From assembly GCA_002633005.1 (NCBI GenBank), contig NMRA01000769.1:93991-157990 (forward strand): 64,000 bases of DNA. Reading direction: 5' to 3'. The translations under genes and the position numbers were made by a program. This DNA comes from Phoronis australis (taxonomy: Eukaryota; Animalia; Phoronida). How positions within the stretch are numbered: position 1 is the first letter of the stretch; the number at the start of each line of letters is the position of its first letter. The notes under the pieces were generated by a model, which was given only the letters and a program-made list of their open reading frames with translations, had not been told where the DNA came from and did no database searches. Below, one piece after another: positions 46,666-60,236 of the stretch.

Positions 46666-48736
46666 TCAGGTGCCAAAATGATCGACACTTCCAACCAAGG
46701 AATTGCGGCCAAGACTGAATAGCCAAAGCTTTGTGAAGCGTGCGACACTCGTCCACAAGATACAACCGTCGGGCTACTAATTTTTTTGATGGCCGTGTGC
46801 ATATCAATTGAATAGTCAACGAGAGTGTAAGTTTTAGGTCTACGTATTTCAAGTTACTAAAACTTCTGACAATCAAAGATTTCTGCGATTTTTTGACTAA
46901 GTACGAAGTTTTAGTAGATCTTCAACCGCAACTGTGGCTGGCTTTGCATCACATGAACCAGATTTCACGTACGTTATTCTGAAACATTTTTTACCCTGTC
47001 TCCCATGCTCTCCCGGGTGCATATATACCAGCCGCCACCACTTGACCACTTGGGAGCGTATGTCATCGACGATTGCCACTCTGACTCTCAAATATGCAGA
47101 TGTGAGAGAACATCTTGCCATGATTTTGCGTATCTAACGGCTACCTTCACGAACTACTTTATCAACGTTTCTTGAATGAAATGGGCGCAAAATAGTAACA
47201 ACCTTCGTAGCCTAAACCTGGACTTTGATAAAACCACTCTTTAATAAACTAAAACGAAATCAACCACTTTGGCGTTCCAGGGATGAGGTAGCGACCGGGG
47301 TGCGGTGTAAAATTTATAGGCGAGGAAGACTCCTAAACCGATGTATGGGGAAAATTGTACCACTTTGCCCCAATCCCGAACTCGGCCAAGTCCGGATAGG
47401 CCTATATGACCAGGCTTCACTGAGGAAACAAAATCTTCACTGCCGTTTGACTTCGATCATGTGCGCTCTGATCCTATCTCGGCTAGGGTAAGCATACACG
47501 TAAATACACCGAGAGACATTGAAAAATATAAACCTTATAACTTCACTACGAAAACAATTCATAGCAGGCGTCAATTATGTCAAATCATCCACATTTACAG
47601 AAGTAATGATAAAAACGCCACCAAGAGATACCCGCATGAGACAATCCTCAACCTCGGTAACCGCTGAAGATATGATGTAAGCAAGTCGCGTACCAAGTCA
47701 GGTTAAGAAGTACACCACCGGGGTCCTCGACGCCTCGATTTCGGGGCCGAATGTCGACCACCATTACGCTACGAAAAATTAAGAATTACGCGAAATTCAC
47801 CTCATCAGACCCAAAAATTTCCCTCCAATGATTAAAAATTCCTCCCAAGGTTAGAATCACTTATACAAGACATTAATTTTGGCTACTCAGTTCAAGTGCA
47901 TGGCGGTGACCGGCCGGGAGTTTCCCTTACCAAAAGACCCCCTCTGCACTGAGTAGACATAGGCACCTTTCCTCTCAGATGAGTGAAGCAGATTTATGAT
48001 TGGCTGGGACGACCCCCTCCCCTCCCCGGGCCCACGACATCCCGGGTCTGACACCGGATTTTCACCTGATATGCAATTATGCGTAGCAGTCAGTTCAGTG
48101 ACTCAACAAACTTTCCGTCGTCATTTTCGGTTTTAAAGAAGTTGTATTCTTCCACCATATTATTTTGTGAAAAGATCACAGTCTAGTTAAGTGCACTTGG
48201 CACAAAATAATGATTAACTCAGCCGAGTGCCTCCTGGTGGGCTGTTCGGGTGAAAATGTCACGCGTACATGTAGGCCTACACCAGGCAGTTAAGTATAGT
48301 TGATTGATCCATTTTGTTATCTTTGTGCTGTTTTGTTATGTTTGTGGTGGTTTGTTAGCACAGATTTAAGAAGACGGCAGTTCGCGTTCCAGTCATATCG
48401 AAGCGTTGTTTGCGTTGTCATATGTTTCTATGTTGCCAAGTTTCTTTTTTCGTGCTTGATTGGTAAAATATTCATAGTTATTAGCATAGTACCACAGGTA
48501 CGATTCTGATGTCTGAAAGGTACGAATTAGAAAATCGATCACGTGAATGGTATTTTTAATGACTTTTCTACAACCGTGTTTTGCAGCTAAAGCATTATCG
48601 TTGTTCTTCTAAATCACACGTGCCATTGTACGTGTGAAGCCACTAAGGGCTATGAGATAGCTCCTGATTCCGTGGCTAGTTCAGCCAGACATAGAGAGAG
48701 GCGCATCCTTAAGTGGTGCCAAAGCAGTATCTTTCC

Positions 48737-49337
48737 CTAATTACGCTCGTAATTACGACCGAGACTTCGCTCGTGTTTTACGACCGTGGTCAACATATCC
48801 AATGAGAAATTGGCCTGTAGGCCACTTGAGCTCTGAAGCAGTACGCTCGCATTTTTCTTTCGTGATTTTACGTTCGTAGTTTTACGCTCGTACTTTGATG
48901 AACATGTTATGAAGTGTTCCGAAGGTAAAAATGTCAGATAACAAAGTATGTAAGAGCAAAAGATTGAAAAATATCGAAGGCTGACTGAATCTTTTTACTT
49001 GCTGCTCTAGCCATCCAAGGCATTTGAAAGTGGTCCGTGTACATAGCGAGGTGCCTAACATCTAGCAGGTTGTCTGACATTGCTTTTATTTTGTTTCTTA
49101 AAATAGCATGCTTTTTCAATATCTAAAATTGCAAACATAAAATAACGAGTGAAAATACGAGACTAAAGTGTAAAATTACGAGCGAAAAATAAAAACTTCT
49201 TTGGAGCTCACGTGACTTACGAACCAATCCTCACTGCATGAACGATTTCGGTCGTAAAACACGAGCGAAGTCTCGGTCGTTAATTACAAAAGTAGGCCTA
49301 ATTACGGGCGACAGCTTTTTCCTAACGGCCCACGATA
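48737..49337. mobile_element. Partial IS3EU-like element related to 17359-18790
   Basis: aattacgctcgta repeats, internal inverted arms (48737-48840 versus 49195-49290) and right terminus aacggcccacgata. Confidence 0.6.
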
Positions 49338-49518
49338 CAGACTGTTGCAACACACGCTGTCGCTTTCGACACATATTGTCGCCCGAGAGCGGACACGGCC
49401 GAGTGCGACAACTGTATATGACGTCAACGTACATCGACATGTAGTGTGTAGGTGCTCACGGCATACATTGTCGCACCTTGGGGGTGTCGAGACTGACAAC
49501 ATGCTTTATCAGTGTTAT

Positions 49519-50620
49519 CATAGGCGGATTTAGCCCCCCCCCTTGGCTGCCGCAAAAAAAGTAAAACAGCAAGAGCGTAGGGAAATGTTGAGTTTCTTAA
49601 TTAACCCCGGTAATTAAAATTATACGGATGAAACAAGATTTAAACGTGTGCCGTTTTAGTGCTGAATGGGGGGGAGGGTGGGCTCAGATCCAATTTCAGG
49701 TGTCAAATTTGGAACACGGCGCAATCGTAACGGAACTATGGCTAAATATAGGCGCACTCGCGATATCCCGTTTCCGTCGTCTGCTCTATTGTGCAATGAA
49801 AAAAATTACTTCATTTTTAAAGAAAATGGAACCTGAGTGGCGGTGAAAAAACAGAAGCTGCTGGTAAGATGTGAATTTTAATCGAAGCGTTAGTGAATCA
49901 CTCAGAAACTCATAATTCTCTCTTTGACAATCTGACTTAAGNTATGAACTACGGCTAAATATAGGCGCTCTCGCGATATCCCGTGGTCTGCTCTATTGTG
50001 CAATGAAAAAAATTACTTCATTTTTAAAGAAAATGGAACCTGAGTGGCGATGAAAAAACAGAAGCTGCTGGTAAGATGTGAATTTTAATCGAAGCCTTAG
50101 TGAATCACTCAGAAACTCATAATTCTCTCTTTGACAAACTGACTTAAGACGATTTCCAAAGCAATCCCGTCATTATTGCCAGCACGAAAAACGGATTTGG
50201 TCTTTTGGCCAATTGAAGACTATTTTAAATACAACAAATTTGTTACGAACCGATTGCACAAAATATAAAATGTGTAATGAGCATTACAAAAAGATGGAGA
50301 TTTCGCGCGCAAACGCTGTGGACAATAAACAAGTAGGTCTCTTAGTATCGTCGTGGTGTAGTGGTAAAGCACGCGCGCTCTATCCGTCAGGTCGTGAGTT
50401 CGAGTCTGTGGTATTTGCAGTTTTCCCTGTTTCACACGTTTTCGCCTTTTTTGGATAATACTTCAGGAATCAAGGAAAATGCTTGATTTTTAGAGGAAAA
50501 TACAGAAAAATTTCCCGACCTCCTCCCATTTGGTGCTATGCGCATCTACAACCGTGGTCTGCGCAAATGCTTACAGACAAAATCTTGGGCCCCCCTTGTG
50601 ATGGCCTAGATCCGCCGTTG
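49519..50620. mobile_element. ~1-kb hAT-like element with 5-bp TSD
   Basis: Termini cataggcggatttag / ctagatccgccgttg. TSD gttat (49514-49518, 50621-50625). An internal ~205-bp duplication surrounds the N at 49942. Confidence 0.9.
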
Positions 50621-51557
50621 GTTATGACACACATTGTCACTCCCTAATAACATCTTTCTGTAGCAAAATTACGTGACTGCACAAACAGTACCAAAAGGCT
50701 TTAGTACAGGCATAGACGGACACAAACTTTGACGAGGGATTCCCCCGGTAATTGAAGTGGAGGTGATAGAATCAGTGGCCCGTTATGCGCGGATCCAGAG
50801 TCCAAATAGGGGAGGGGGGTGACCACAGTTAGAGAGAGTTTATCACGATATTCTGTATCACCCAAGGCCTCCGTCTTCAAAATGAACGTTCATGCAAACG
50901 AGACTGGCAACAGGCGTGTTTATCACCGTCACCAACCATCTTTCGGGTCTTTATCCGGGCAACACTATGTGTGGAGTGAAACAATATATGTCAGAAATAG
51001 ACTAAAAACGTAGTACAAGCATTTAGTGAAAACAACTGATACATGTTAAATCCTTATACCCACGAGCGGATGGCCGAAAACTAAAGTGAATCACCGTAAC
51101 CTTCCGTCTGACGATGGGTTTTTCTCGCCACACAGCCTCCTGTGTATGCAAAATTTGTTGTTGGTCATTGTATTTTGAGAAAAGTTTATGCTTTGGTGAG
51201 TTTGAATATAAAAAGCGGCAATACAGGCAAATTGCACACATTGACGCATTTCATTCGCGCCAAGTAGATGTCTTTTCAACATAAATTTCGCATTGTTCAC
51301 TTAAAACCGTCAATGCAAAGTTAGTTAATAGATATGACTTGAAACTGACATGACAGACTGAAGCAAGTTTGGCGTTAAGCTTCGGGTGTCTAATCCCCTG
51401 GAATGTAACCATCCTGTCTCCAATCAGCCTTCTGAAACTATCAACCTCCTGTGAATAGCGGGCGACCTCGTCGATCCCTAGCACCTTCGATTCTGTCACT
51501 GACTAAGATAATTATTGATGAAGAATCGGTCAGTGTGCAGTTTGCTCTAGTCTGCAT

Positions 51558-52787
51558 TCAGGAATTTTGTCTTCTCCTCCGTCGTCGTTTAGGTTTGTAA
51601 ATATGGTTACGCTCAATTCTGTTACAAATGCGCGACTTTCTGCGATTTGCCTGGTAGAAGTTATGGCATCCTGAACTGACAAAGTCGCTCCATATACGCC
51701 TCCTCATCGCTTCCTGGACACCATGGCCGCTGATCAGGCAATTGCAGAAATACTGAAATGGTACTGCTTTAGGTAAAACATGAAACAGTTTAAAAAGATT
51801 ACTGTTTTCAACTTTAAAGCCTAAGTTGTACATGACCAGTCCTAAATAGACGTCTTCTAATGGGAAAAATGGAATGTTGACTGAATGGTGGAATAGCGTC
51901 ATCACCATTGGCAAACTCGTGACGTAAGCTGTACCAGAACAAAATGGCGGAAACCATTCAGATGGATACTCGGTAAAGGACACGTAGTACTTGTTCTTAA
52001 TGTTCCTGTATGGCTTGCTAGGCAGTTTTGTGCATTTCCCAACTATTGTCCTTGACAAGTCGTGAGTAGGTGAGTATAAAAAGCTCAGCAGTCGTGGAAC
52101 ATTAATGAAAACGTCCTCATCGGTTTTCAACAGGTATCTGGCGTGGACACAAAAAGAGGAAGCCCATTTTAATATCATCATGGTCTTCAGCGTAAGATTT
52201 CGATATGTGTCCAAGAAATCCTCTTGTATTATATCATGGTGTGTCTCACTTTCGTTTTTCACTAGTTCCATCAGAGTTGCATTATCTGTGCTGCCGAGAA
52301 CAAATGCGTGCGATACACGGCCGTTGTAGTAAGCCGTGCTATTCAGCCACGTGTCTCTGATCAACTTTCGCGTGTCGAAACCGGAAACACGACTGGTAAT
52401 CAGTATGAGAACAGCGGGTGATGTGCCGAATGAACGACACAAGTTTGGCTCATTTATAACATAAGAATATCTATGCATGAAACAAGCGTTACATGTTTCG
52501 ATACGAATTCCTTTGGCATCTGAGATGTTCTGTTTGTAATCAGATAGAGCAGGTCTAGTATTGGTACGAGTAATTCTTTGAATTTGCTCTCCGAAATTGG
52601 TTGGTTTTGGTGTTGTCTTTATGAAGTTGAATGGTTCATCTCTATTGACACCATTCGTGAAATGACGAACGCCATTTTCCTCCAAAGGTATTTCAGTCAT
52701 CATAAACCTGTTGAAATAAAACAAACACACACACACAAGTAGCACTCGAAGCAAAGTTTTGATTAACGAACGAGCGTAAATTCGCAT
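51558..52787 (-). CDS. Beta-1,3-galactosyltransferase-like protein (GT31), single coding exon
   Basis: 409 aa with an N-terminal TM anchor and motifs RKLIRDTW, FVLG, E..HHDIIQEDFLDTYRNLTLKT, LLKTDEDVFIN, KYYVSFTEYP, FPPFCSGTAY and LEDVYLG. Confidence 0.93.
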   Translation of the reverse strand: MRIYARSLIKTLLRVLLVCVCLFYFNRFMMTEIPLEENGVRHFTNGVNRDEPFNFIKTTPKPTNFGEQIQRITRTNTRPALSDYKQNISDAKGIRIETCNACFMHRYSYVINEPNLCRSFGTSPAVLILITSRVSGFDTRKLIRDTWLNSTAYYNGRVSHAFVLGSTDNATLMELVKNESETHHDIIQEDFLDTYRNLTLKTMMILKWASSFCVHARYLLKTDEDVFINVPRLLSFLYSPTHDLSRTIVGKCTKLPSKPYRNIKNKYYVSFTEYPSEWFPPFCSGTAYVTSLPMVMTLFHHSVNIPFFPLEDVYLGLVMYNLGFKVENSNLFKLFHVLPKAVPFQYFCNCLISGHGVQEAMRRRIWSDFVSSGCHNFYQANRRKSRICNRIERNHIYKPKRRRRRRQNS

Positions 52788-55783
52788 CCTTATTTCCCGT
52801 TTGTTTCCGTAATCTTCGGGCCACAGTTCGTTGTAGTTTTACCGGCTGCGGTACCACACAGTCTGCAGGCGGTAGAAGGTCAAAGTGAGCGAGGATTGGC
52901 AAAAGCAATTTCTTCTGCGAATTCAACGAGACCACCTTAAACGGCGCCTTTTCTTCACGCACTGCAGCCAGAATATGTATTTTTGCCAGCTGGATTTGCC
53001 TCCTCAGTGCTGAAATGATGATGGATTAGAGAATAGAGATTACTGAAGTCGGTGCATTTATTACCGACCACATTACATGAGACTACAATGCTCATGCAAG
53101 AACAACGAAGAGCCTTCAAATGCGCCCACGACTGCAGCGCAAATGGTATGCTTCTAGGGGTGATTCATTGCTAATTATGAAATAAAATGACCACCAGGAG
53201 GCGCAGCGTAAGTTTGATCTGTGTGAAACAATTGGTGAACATCTACACCTAATTTCATGAAGATCAATCAAGGAACTTGGTAGGTACATAGAGGCACATG
53301 CAAACAAATGTTTTTTGACTCCTATGTAGATACCGTGGCAGATGCTAACGTAAAAAAATAAAATTGTCATATGGGCGGCACAGCGGGTGTAGAATTAGTC
53401 TAAAAAATGTTCGTGCCAAACTGCCTCGGCGCAGCGACACCAGGCTTGCGTTCAGTAACACTAGGACCTATGCTAAAATCTAAAGTCAACGTTACCTGTT
53501 CTCATTTAAAATGCACGGCAATGTCTCCCGTAATCTCGGGAAGGCTTGCTTTTTAGATTTATTGAACAGGAGGCAGGTTATCGCTAAGCAAAGCTGCCAA
53601 TTTCAAAGCAGACTAATCGAACAGTATCAAGATTTGAACTTCTAGGTAATTTATTATGGGCAACAATAATTTCACGATAATAGATATATGTGAATAGTGA
53701 ACATACCGGTAATATTGTTTGAGAATAACCTACGTACCGTCTGCGATGCCACGATCCATAGATTTATACGACACTTGTCACTGACATGCGGAGTGAGTTG
53801 GCAGGCTGACAGTGCAGCACGAACTGACAAGTGGGAGATTTGTTGAATCTTGTTGTACTTGATGGGTTTAAGAAAACCGTCAACTAGCTTAATGTTAGCA
53901 CCGAGCGGTATCCATGATACAGTAAAACCAAAACAAACAATGTATTTTAACAAATCAATTTTAAGTTCTGTTATAGTATTAACTGGAAATGATGATAAGC
54001 GAAGGACTGAAATACACTGTACTACTAGGATTAGAGCGAAGCATTAACTCCCCTGGCAACGTTATCCCCGTCGTTAGTTCCAATAACGGCCTGGGCCAGT
54101 GGTCTACCGGTGTCACTCTCACTAAAAAGAACAATTGCACACTGGTGGAACGCGCACTGCGAGCGCAGACGAACAGCTATGCGCCTCGAATGAAAATCAG
54201 TTCTCGGCAAAGCTCACGTCTGCGATAAAAGGAACTGTAAAAATTTTGCCTTAAGTTTCAAAAAAGGAAAACGAAACGATAGCTTAACTTAGAAAACCTT
54301 AACAGCGTTTTTGAGATTTCATCAGTCTTGGACATTATTTTATATCATACGAAATTTGGTCACGTTATTGATCTTTTATTTTGCAATGAACGTACTTTTC
54401 TTTTTTGCTAAACTTTCGTAAAAAGCAAAGTCACGTGAGCCAATTAGTGTCAGACTAGTACAAACTAGTCAAAAATCAAATTCTCAGTACAGAATATTTA
54501 CTTTCAAAATGCTCCATAGTTTCGTAGATATTTGGATAAATGTGCAGACTTGTCGACAAGGTCCTACATATCCCAACTTTACAAAAATCAACTTTTTAAG
54601 CAATTTTCATTACGTTGTATTTTGAAGATTGCAACTGAACAACAATCGGGAATTTAGGGATATAAATATAAACTCCATTAATTCGTTAAACGTTGGTCAA
54701 TATTCAATTTTTGTCCCGTTGGATGTCTCTGATGAAGATGGAGTAACAAAACGTTCGTGCTTCATTTTTCTTAATTTTTTCGCGGGCTCAGCCAAATTAC
54801 TTTTAAGTCGTTACTGTTGAGTGTTATGGAATTTTCACTTCAGTATGCAGAAGGGCCGTAGGAGCCCAGTGGAAGACAATCTTATGTTGGCGGACGAGTG
54901 AGCAATGAATTTCATGAAGCGAAATCTGTAACCTTCTACGGCCAAGTAGTGTGTCCCGATTGTGATGTGGGGTGAGGGCCACGTCTACACGAACAATCCA
55001 GAATTGATCCGCTTGTATCCGCTCACCTTTTCCAACTCTTTGTTAACACTCTACACGCCACGTAACTGATACTGACCTGTATGTGGTTAAACACTTCGGA
55101 ACTGCATTTCTGTTACGTCACTTCTTAAAAATATGTATTGACAGACCAACGTCTACGCTGCTCCCCTGTTCAGTGTTACTGTCGTGCGTGAACTCAAATA
55201 CTGAGGTCAATCTCTCAAGCTGCCAGAGCAGTCTAGTGAACATATGAATGATTTCTAAGAAAACTGACACTCCCTCTTTGTATTATGCGACTACCGGGAC
55301 AGTTTACATTTTGGCTACAATATGTTTTTCCACAGTCTGTCCAAACAACACGAACAAAACGAGGCAGAGTGGTACTTTCCACGTATGAGACCACGAGTGT
55401 GTGCCGTCAATACTACGGTAATTGTCTACTAAAGTGTTTGTTGCTTGAAGACGACGTTTTCAAACTCAGAGTTTGTTGAAGTTTGTACCAGTCTCAACCA
55501 ATGAGCTATATGTACAGTACAGTATCGATATTTATCTCATGGTTTCAACGCAAACTCAGTCTGACTTACACTAATGTGGCTCCCCAGTTCAGAAGTGAGT
55601 TGGTCAGGACGATCGTCACACCGGCGTTGAATTTTCACAATCTTTAATTGCTACACTTAAGTTAGGACAGGTTCTACCATACCAAATTATTCCATGCCAC
55701 GCAAGTCGCCTTGCGAGCGCAATGCCTTTGTTACTTTTTGGCCGATATCCAACGCATCGAGTACATGCATATATTTACCCAAA

Positions 55784-56038
55784 CATGCGCGCACCCCGGC
55801 AGCCTTCAATGTGGGGGGGGGCTCGAATTCCTGACGTTATGGACCTTTTGGTAACAAAAAAGCGGGCGGACTAAAAAAAAAGAGGCCCCACCGTGAATTG
55901 CGCGTTTGTGCTTGTTTAGTGGACTTTGGTCTTACTTTCTCGGACTTTTTGTTTCTCAAAGGCGGACCTTTTTGCCCCGCTTCGCCAAATGGGGGGTTGG
56001 GCTCGTTAGCCCCCCGAGCCCCCCTGGGTGCGTGCATG
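55784..56038. mobile_element. MITE of the catgcgcgcaccc family
   Basis: TIRs catgcgcgcaccc / gggtgcgtgcatg. Flanks ccaaa / tcaaa form a 5-bp TSD with one mismatch. Confidence 0.75.
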
Positions 56039-59000
56039 TCAAAAGAGCTACCGGTACTGTACGTTAGCGAAGGTTTTCGAAAAAAAACGGCCCTACGATA
56101 TTCTCAGCTGTCAACAAAAAAAAAATTGACTGAGGAGAGTGATAGAAACGATGACATAAATCTCAATGGCACCAGCCCTTATAAACCGCCCCGTGTCAAT
56201 TAGTGCCCCCTCCCCCTTGTCAGGTAATCCAAGAGTGTTTATTTTGTGATAACGGGAACGTGAAAAACATCGATGTTTGAGAATGGTTTAATTGATATGA
56301 TACAAATGTTTGATATACTTGTATGACTGCAGATTTGCTGATTCAAGCTTCCGTGCAAAGTTTCGTCGATCATGTTAATTTTTATGATTTCTATCTGAGC
56401 AATGATAAACTAATAACAAATTTTTCATGAATGATGTTATTAATGATGGTCAGACTGATATTAGAATGATCGGTGATCATTTGATCATGAGCCTGTCACA
56501 TGATTTCTTATCAATTTAAACAAGGCTAGCCTATAGGGTTTACTGCACAAACACTTGAGGAGTTCAGCAGCGAACAAGTCAAATAAAAATGTTATGTCCA
56601 CATGATATTTGATCAGCACGAGGATACGTAGCCTATGGGAAATTAATTTGATACAAGCACGCTGGTACAAGGCGATACGGTGATTTACTCGTTGGACGTG
56701 AGGTGTCAGTGCAGACTTGCTCGGGGGAAGTCTAGCAAGGTCATTCTTGGACTTGTGCGGATTTCATCTTCACCAACCATTTTGCGTAACATCTTGGCAC
56801 GAGTAGAATCTATCGATGACTCACGACTCTGACCGTACATCAGACAATTCAACTCATCCAACTTACATCCCAATCAACGTCAGGTTGCCTGAATGCACGG
56901 TGAAATTTTGGATTCTTTTCTAGCTTTTTAAGAGGGCCAACCTTTCCTTTACGTTTAAGCACACTGGTGCATTCTTCTCCAGTGTATACATAAAATACAA
57001 GTAGAGCTTGACAGTAGTCTTTTCGCAAGGCTTTTGCCATGTCAGAGAGATTCAGTAGTCGCCGATGTTTCACAGAGCCTGCATCTAGGTATACAGTCAA
57101 CTTTATAGCATGTCAGCAGCAGAATGACAAAGACACCAGTGTCAGGGATTCTGACGACGTCGTTTCTGTACGCAAGTGAGGCAGCGTACTGGAGGGACAA
57201 AACAATATTAAGTCAGTCTCTTATTGATTACTATACATATTTGGGATCTCCTGAGTATGAACATCAAATCACTTTTATTATTACATTATGACATCGCAAA
57301 TTAGTTAAGTAAGAAATAATCAGAAAGTTCTGTTCAGAAAAAAAGATTATGAATGCCCGTCTAGACTCAGGATGGCCATCTCGGTTGTCTCCAACCTGGA
57401 AACTGCCTTCTCATCACTCCAGAGCTGCAGTAAAAGTTGACAGAGTTGCTTTTTGTTGTCATCGGATTGTTCTAAAGNCCCCCTGGATGCGTGCATGTCA
57501 AAAGAGTTACCGGTACTGTACGTTAGCGACGGTTTTCGAAAAAAAAAACGGCCCTACGATATTCTCAGCTGTCAACAAAAAATTGACTGAGGAGAGTGAT
57601 AGAAACGCTGACATAAATCTCAATGGCACCAGCCCTTATAAACCGCCCCGTGTCAATTAGTGCCCCCTCCCTCTTGTCAGGTAATCCAAGAGTGTTTATT
57701 TTGTGATAACGGGAACGTGAAAAACATCGATGTTTGAGAATGGTTTAATTGACATGATGTTATTAATGATGGTCAGACTGATATTAGAATGATCGGTGAT
57801 CATTTGATCATGAGCCTGTCACATGATTTCTTATCAATTTAAACAAGGCTAGTCTATAGGGTTTACTGTACAAACACTTGAGGAATTCAGCAGCGAACAA
57901 GTCAAATAAAAATGTTATGTCCACATGATATTTGATCAGCACGAGGATACGTAGCCTAAGGGAAATTAATTTGATACAAGCACGCTGGTACAAGGCGATA
58001 CGGTGATTTACTCGTTGGACGTGAGGTGTCAGTGCAGACTTGCTCGGGGGAAGTCTAGCAAGGTCAATCTTGGACTTGTGAGGATTTCATCTTCACCAAC
58101 CATTTTGCGTAACATCTTGGCACGAGTAGAATCTATCCATGACTCACGACTCTGACCGTACATGAGACAATTCAACTCATCCAACTTACATCCCAATCAA
58201 CGTCAGGTTGCCTGAATGCACGGTGAAATTTTGGATTCTTTTCTAGCTTTTTAAGAGGGCCAACCTTTCCTTTGCGTTTAAGCACACTGGTGCATTCTTC
58301 TCCAGTGTATACATAAAATACAAGTAGAGCTTGACAGTAGTCTTTTCGCAAGGATTTTGCCATGTCGGAGAGATTCAGTAGTCGCCGATGTTTCCCAGAG
58401 CCTGTATCTAGGTATACAGTCAACTTCATAGCATGCCTGCAGCACAATGACAAAGACACCAGTGTCAGGAATTCTGACGACGTCGTTTCTATACGCAAGT
58501 GAGGCAGCGTACTGGAGGGACAAAACAATATTAAGTCAGATTTCCTATTTAACATTTTACTTCTACTAGCTAAACAGTACATTTACAAAGAGAGATGTCA
58601 CAAAAATATACCTNTTGTAATAAAGCTCCAGAGACGCTGTCACACCTTTTTTGGGAATGTAGCTTTGTACAAGATTTCTGGAAGGAATTCGAAAAGCTAC
58701 TTCAAAAGTGTGGCATTCAGCTTCCCAACTGTCTGTCTTACGATATTGTTATTCTTGGACTTTACAAGACGCAAGATTTCCTATTTAACATTTTACTTCT
58801 ACTAGCTAAACAGTACATTTACAAAGAGAGATGTCACAAAAATATACCTAATTTTCTCAAGTTCGTTACAAAAACTTATGAATACTATAATGCTGAAAAA
58901 TTAAATGCACATAACAACTTTGTACATGACAGCTTCTCTGCAAAATGGGAAAAATTTATTGTTCATGTTAAGTTCATGTAGAAGATATTTACTTTAAACG

Positions 59001-59370
59001 AGATATGAGAATGGTCTTCCTGAGGTGTGCATGCGTGAATGAATGGTGTACTTATTTGTTTGTTTGTTTTTGTAATTGTTTGTAAAGGATAATAAATACA
59101 TAAAAAAAAAAATTAAGTCAGTCTCTTATTGGTTACTGTAGATATTTGGGATCTCCTGAGTATGAACATCAAATCACTTTTATTATTACATTATGACATC
59201 GCAAATTAGTTAAGTAAGAAATACTCAGAAAGTTCTGTTCAGAAAAAAGATTATGAATACACGTCTAGACTCAGGATAGCCATCTCGGTTGTCTCCAACC
59301 TGGAAACTGCCTTCTCATCACTTCAGAGCTGCAGTAACAGTTGACGGAGTTGCTTTTTGTGGTCATCGTT
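56019..59370. repeat. ~1.4-kb tandem duplication joined at a single N (57478)
   Basis: 56019-57460 matches 57479-59370 once the LINE is removed, with scattered substitutions and indels. Confidence 0.9.
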
Positions 59371-59600
59371 TGCAACAGAGATTTTGAAGTCATACGGCTT
59401 TTCTGTGTAGCTGGTCCACCCAGAATTATTTTCTGTGAACTGCAAAATTACCACGTGTTGGAGGGAGATTAGCTAACGCGTGGAAAAGGGCAAAACCATC
59501 TTGGATGAACAGAACATCCTCAGGATAATGAAAGTCTTCTGGCGAAATGTCGTTCAGAAGATAATGCAAAATGGAGGCTTTGTTGGTTTTAGAAAAAATG
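56050..59600 (-). mobile_element. Second Academ-like (XPG/PIN) transposase remnant, present as two tandem copies
   Basis: IQDGFALFH (~59480), DHKKQLRQLLLQL, YLDTGSGKHRRLLNL...YTGEECTSVLKRKGKVGPLKKL and LARLPPSKSALTPHVQRVNHRIALY. Same motif order as 17030-20950 but a different subfamily. Confidence 0.7.
58540..59111 (+). mobile_element. 5'-truncated L1/Tx1-type LINE 3' end
   Basis: C..C....ETLSHLFWECSFVQDFW...LLLAKQYIYKERC...KW (zf-RVT-type ORF2 end), then aataaa and a poly(A) tail. 10-bp TSD attaagtcag (58530-58539, 59112-59121). Confidence 0.9.
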
Positions 59601-60099
59601 CCTAAGACTAGGGGGCACGGGTATCAGGCAGTACTTCATGAGTTCTGGCATATTCAATGGCTCACCCAGTGTCTTGGATTTAACGGATTGTTCTAAAGCC
59701 CCCTCGATCCCCACAACCCCCTCGACCCACAACCCCCACGGCTTGTGGCAATACATGTAGATGCATCTGCGCTTTTTACACATTTCATAATCATATCACT
59801 TCTCTGAGTGACTTTCCCATAAGACTTACCTACGCGAGAATCAGATCTAGCTCTAGTGTGGTGGTTAAAACAGAAAGTGGTGTTATAACATGATCTGATA
59901 TAGCCGATTGTGAGCGTGCTATTGTTGTCATGGAAATAGTTCTACGAGTAGGTACCAATTGCCTTGTTCTACTAAACTTAGGGAGAGAGTACGTTAACGT
60001 GAATGCACATAATTTCACATTTTTATTATTTGTTTTCTTTCGTATATTCGTTTACAATATACTACATGAATGCTAAGATATTTTTAGTTAACATTTTGT

Positions 60100-60236
60100 T
60101 TTTCAAACTGTGTGACGAAATTAGAGATTCGCTGGTTCCTCGCACTCTCCCAAAAACCTTGAATCTGCCATACACTGAAGAGCAGACGATACGATTACAC
60201 TCTGCGGGTAAGGACATTTATAACGTTGGTAAGTCT
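60100..60236 (+). other. Possible first exon of a downstream + strand gene
   Basis: Only a strong donor ttg|gtaagt at about 60229. No coding evidence. Confidence 0.15.

Noticed and set aside
49735-50150. Biological 205-bp duplication inside the hAT-like element
   Set aside because: The junction is a single N (49942), so it is probably an unmerged contig overlap. The same applies to 58540-58613 versus 58775-58848 at N 58614.
50345-50415. Functional tRNA gene
   Set aside because: A/B boxes are present but there is no consistent acceptor or anticodon stem. Copies diverge freely and lie inside a transposon.
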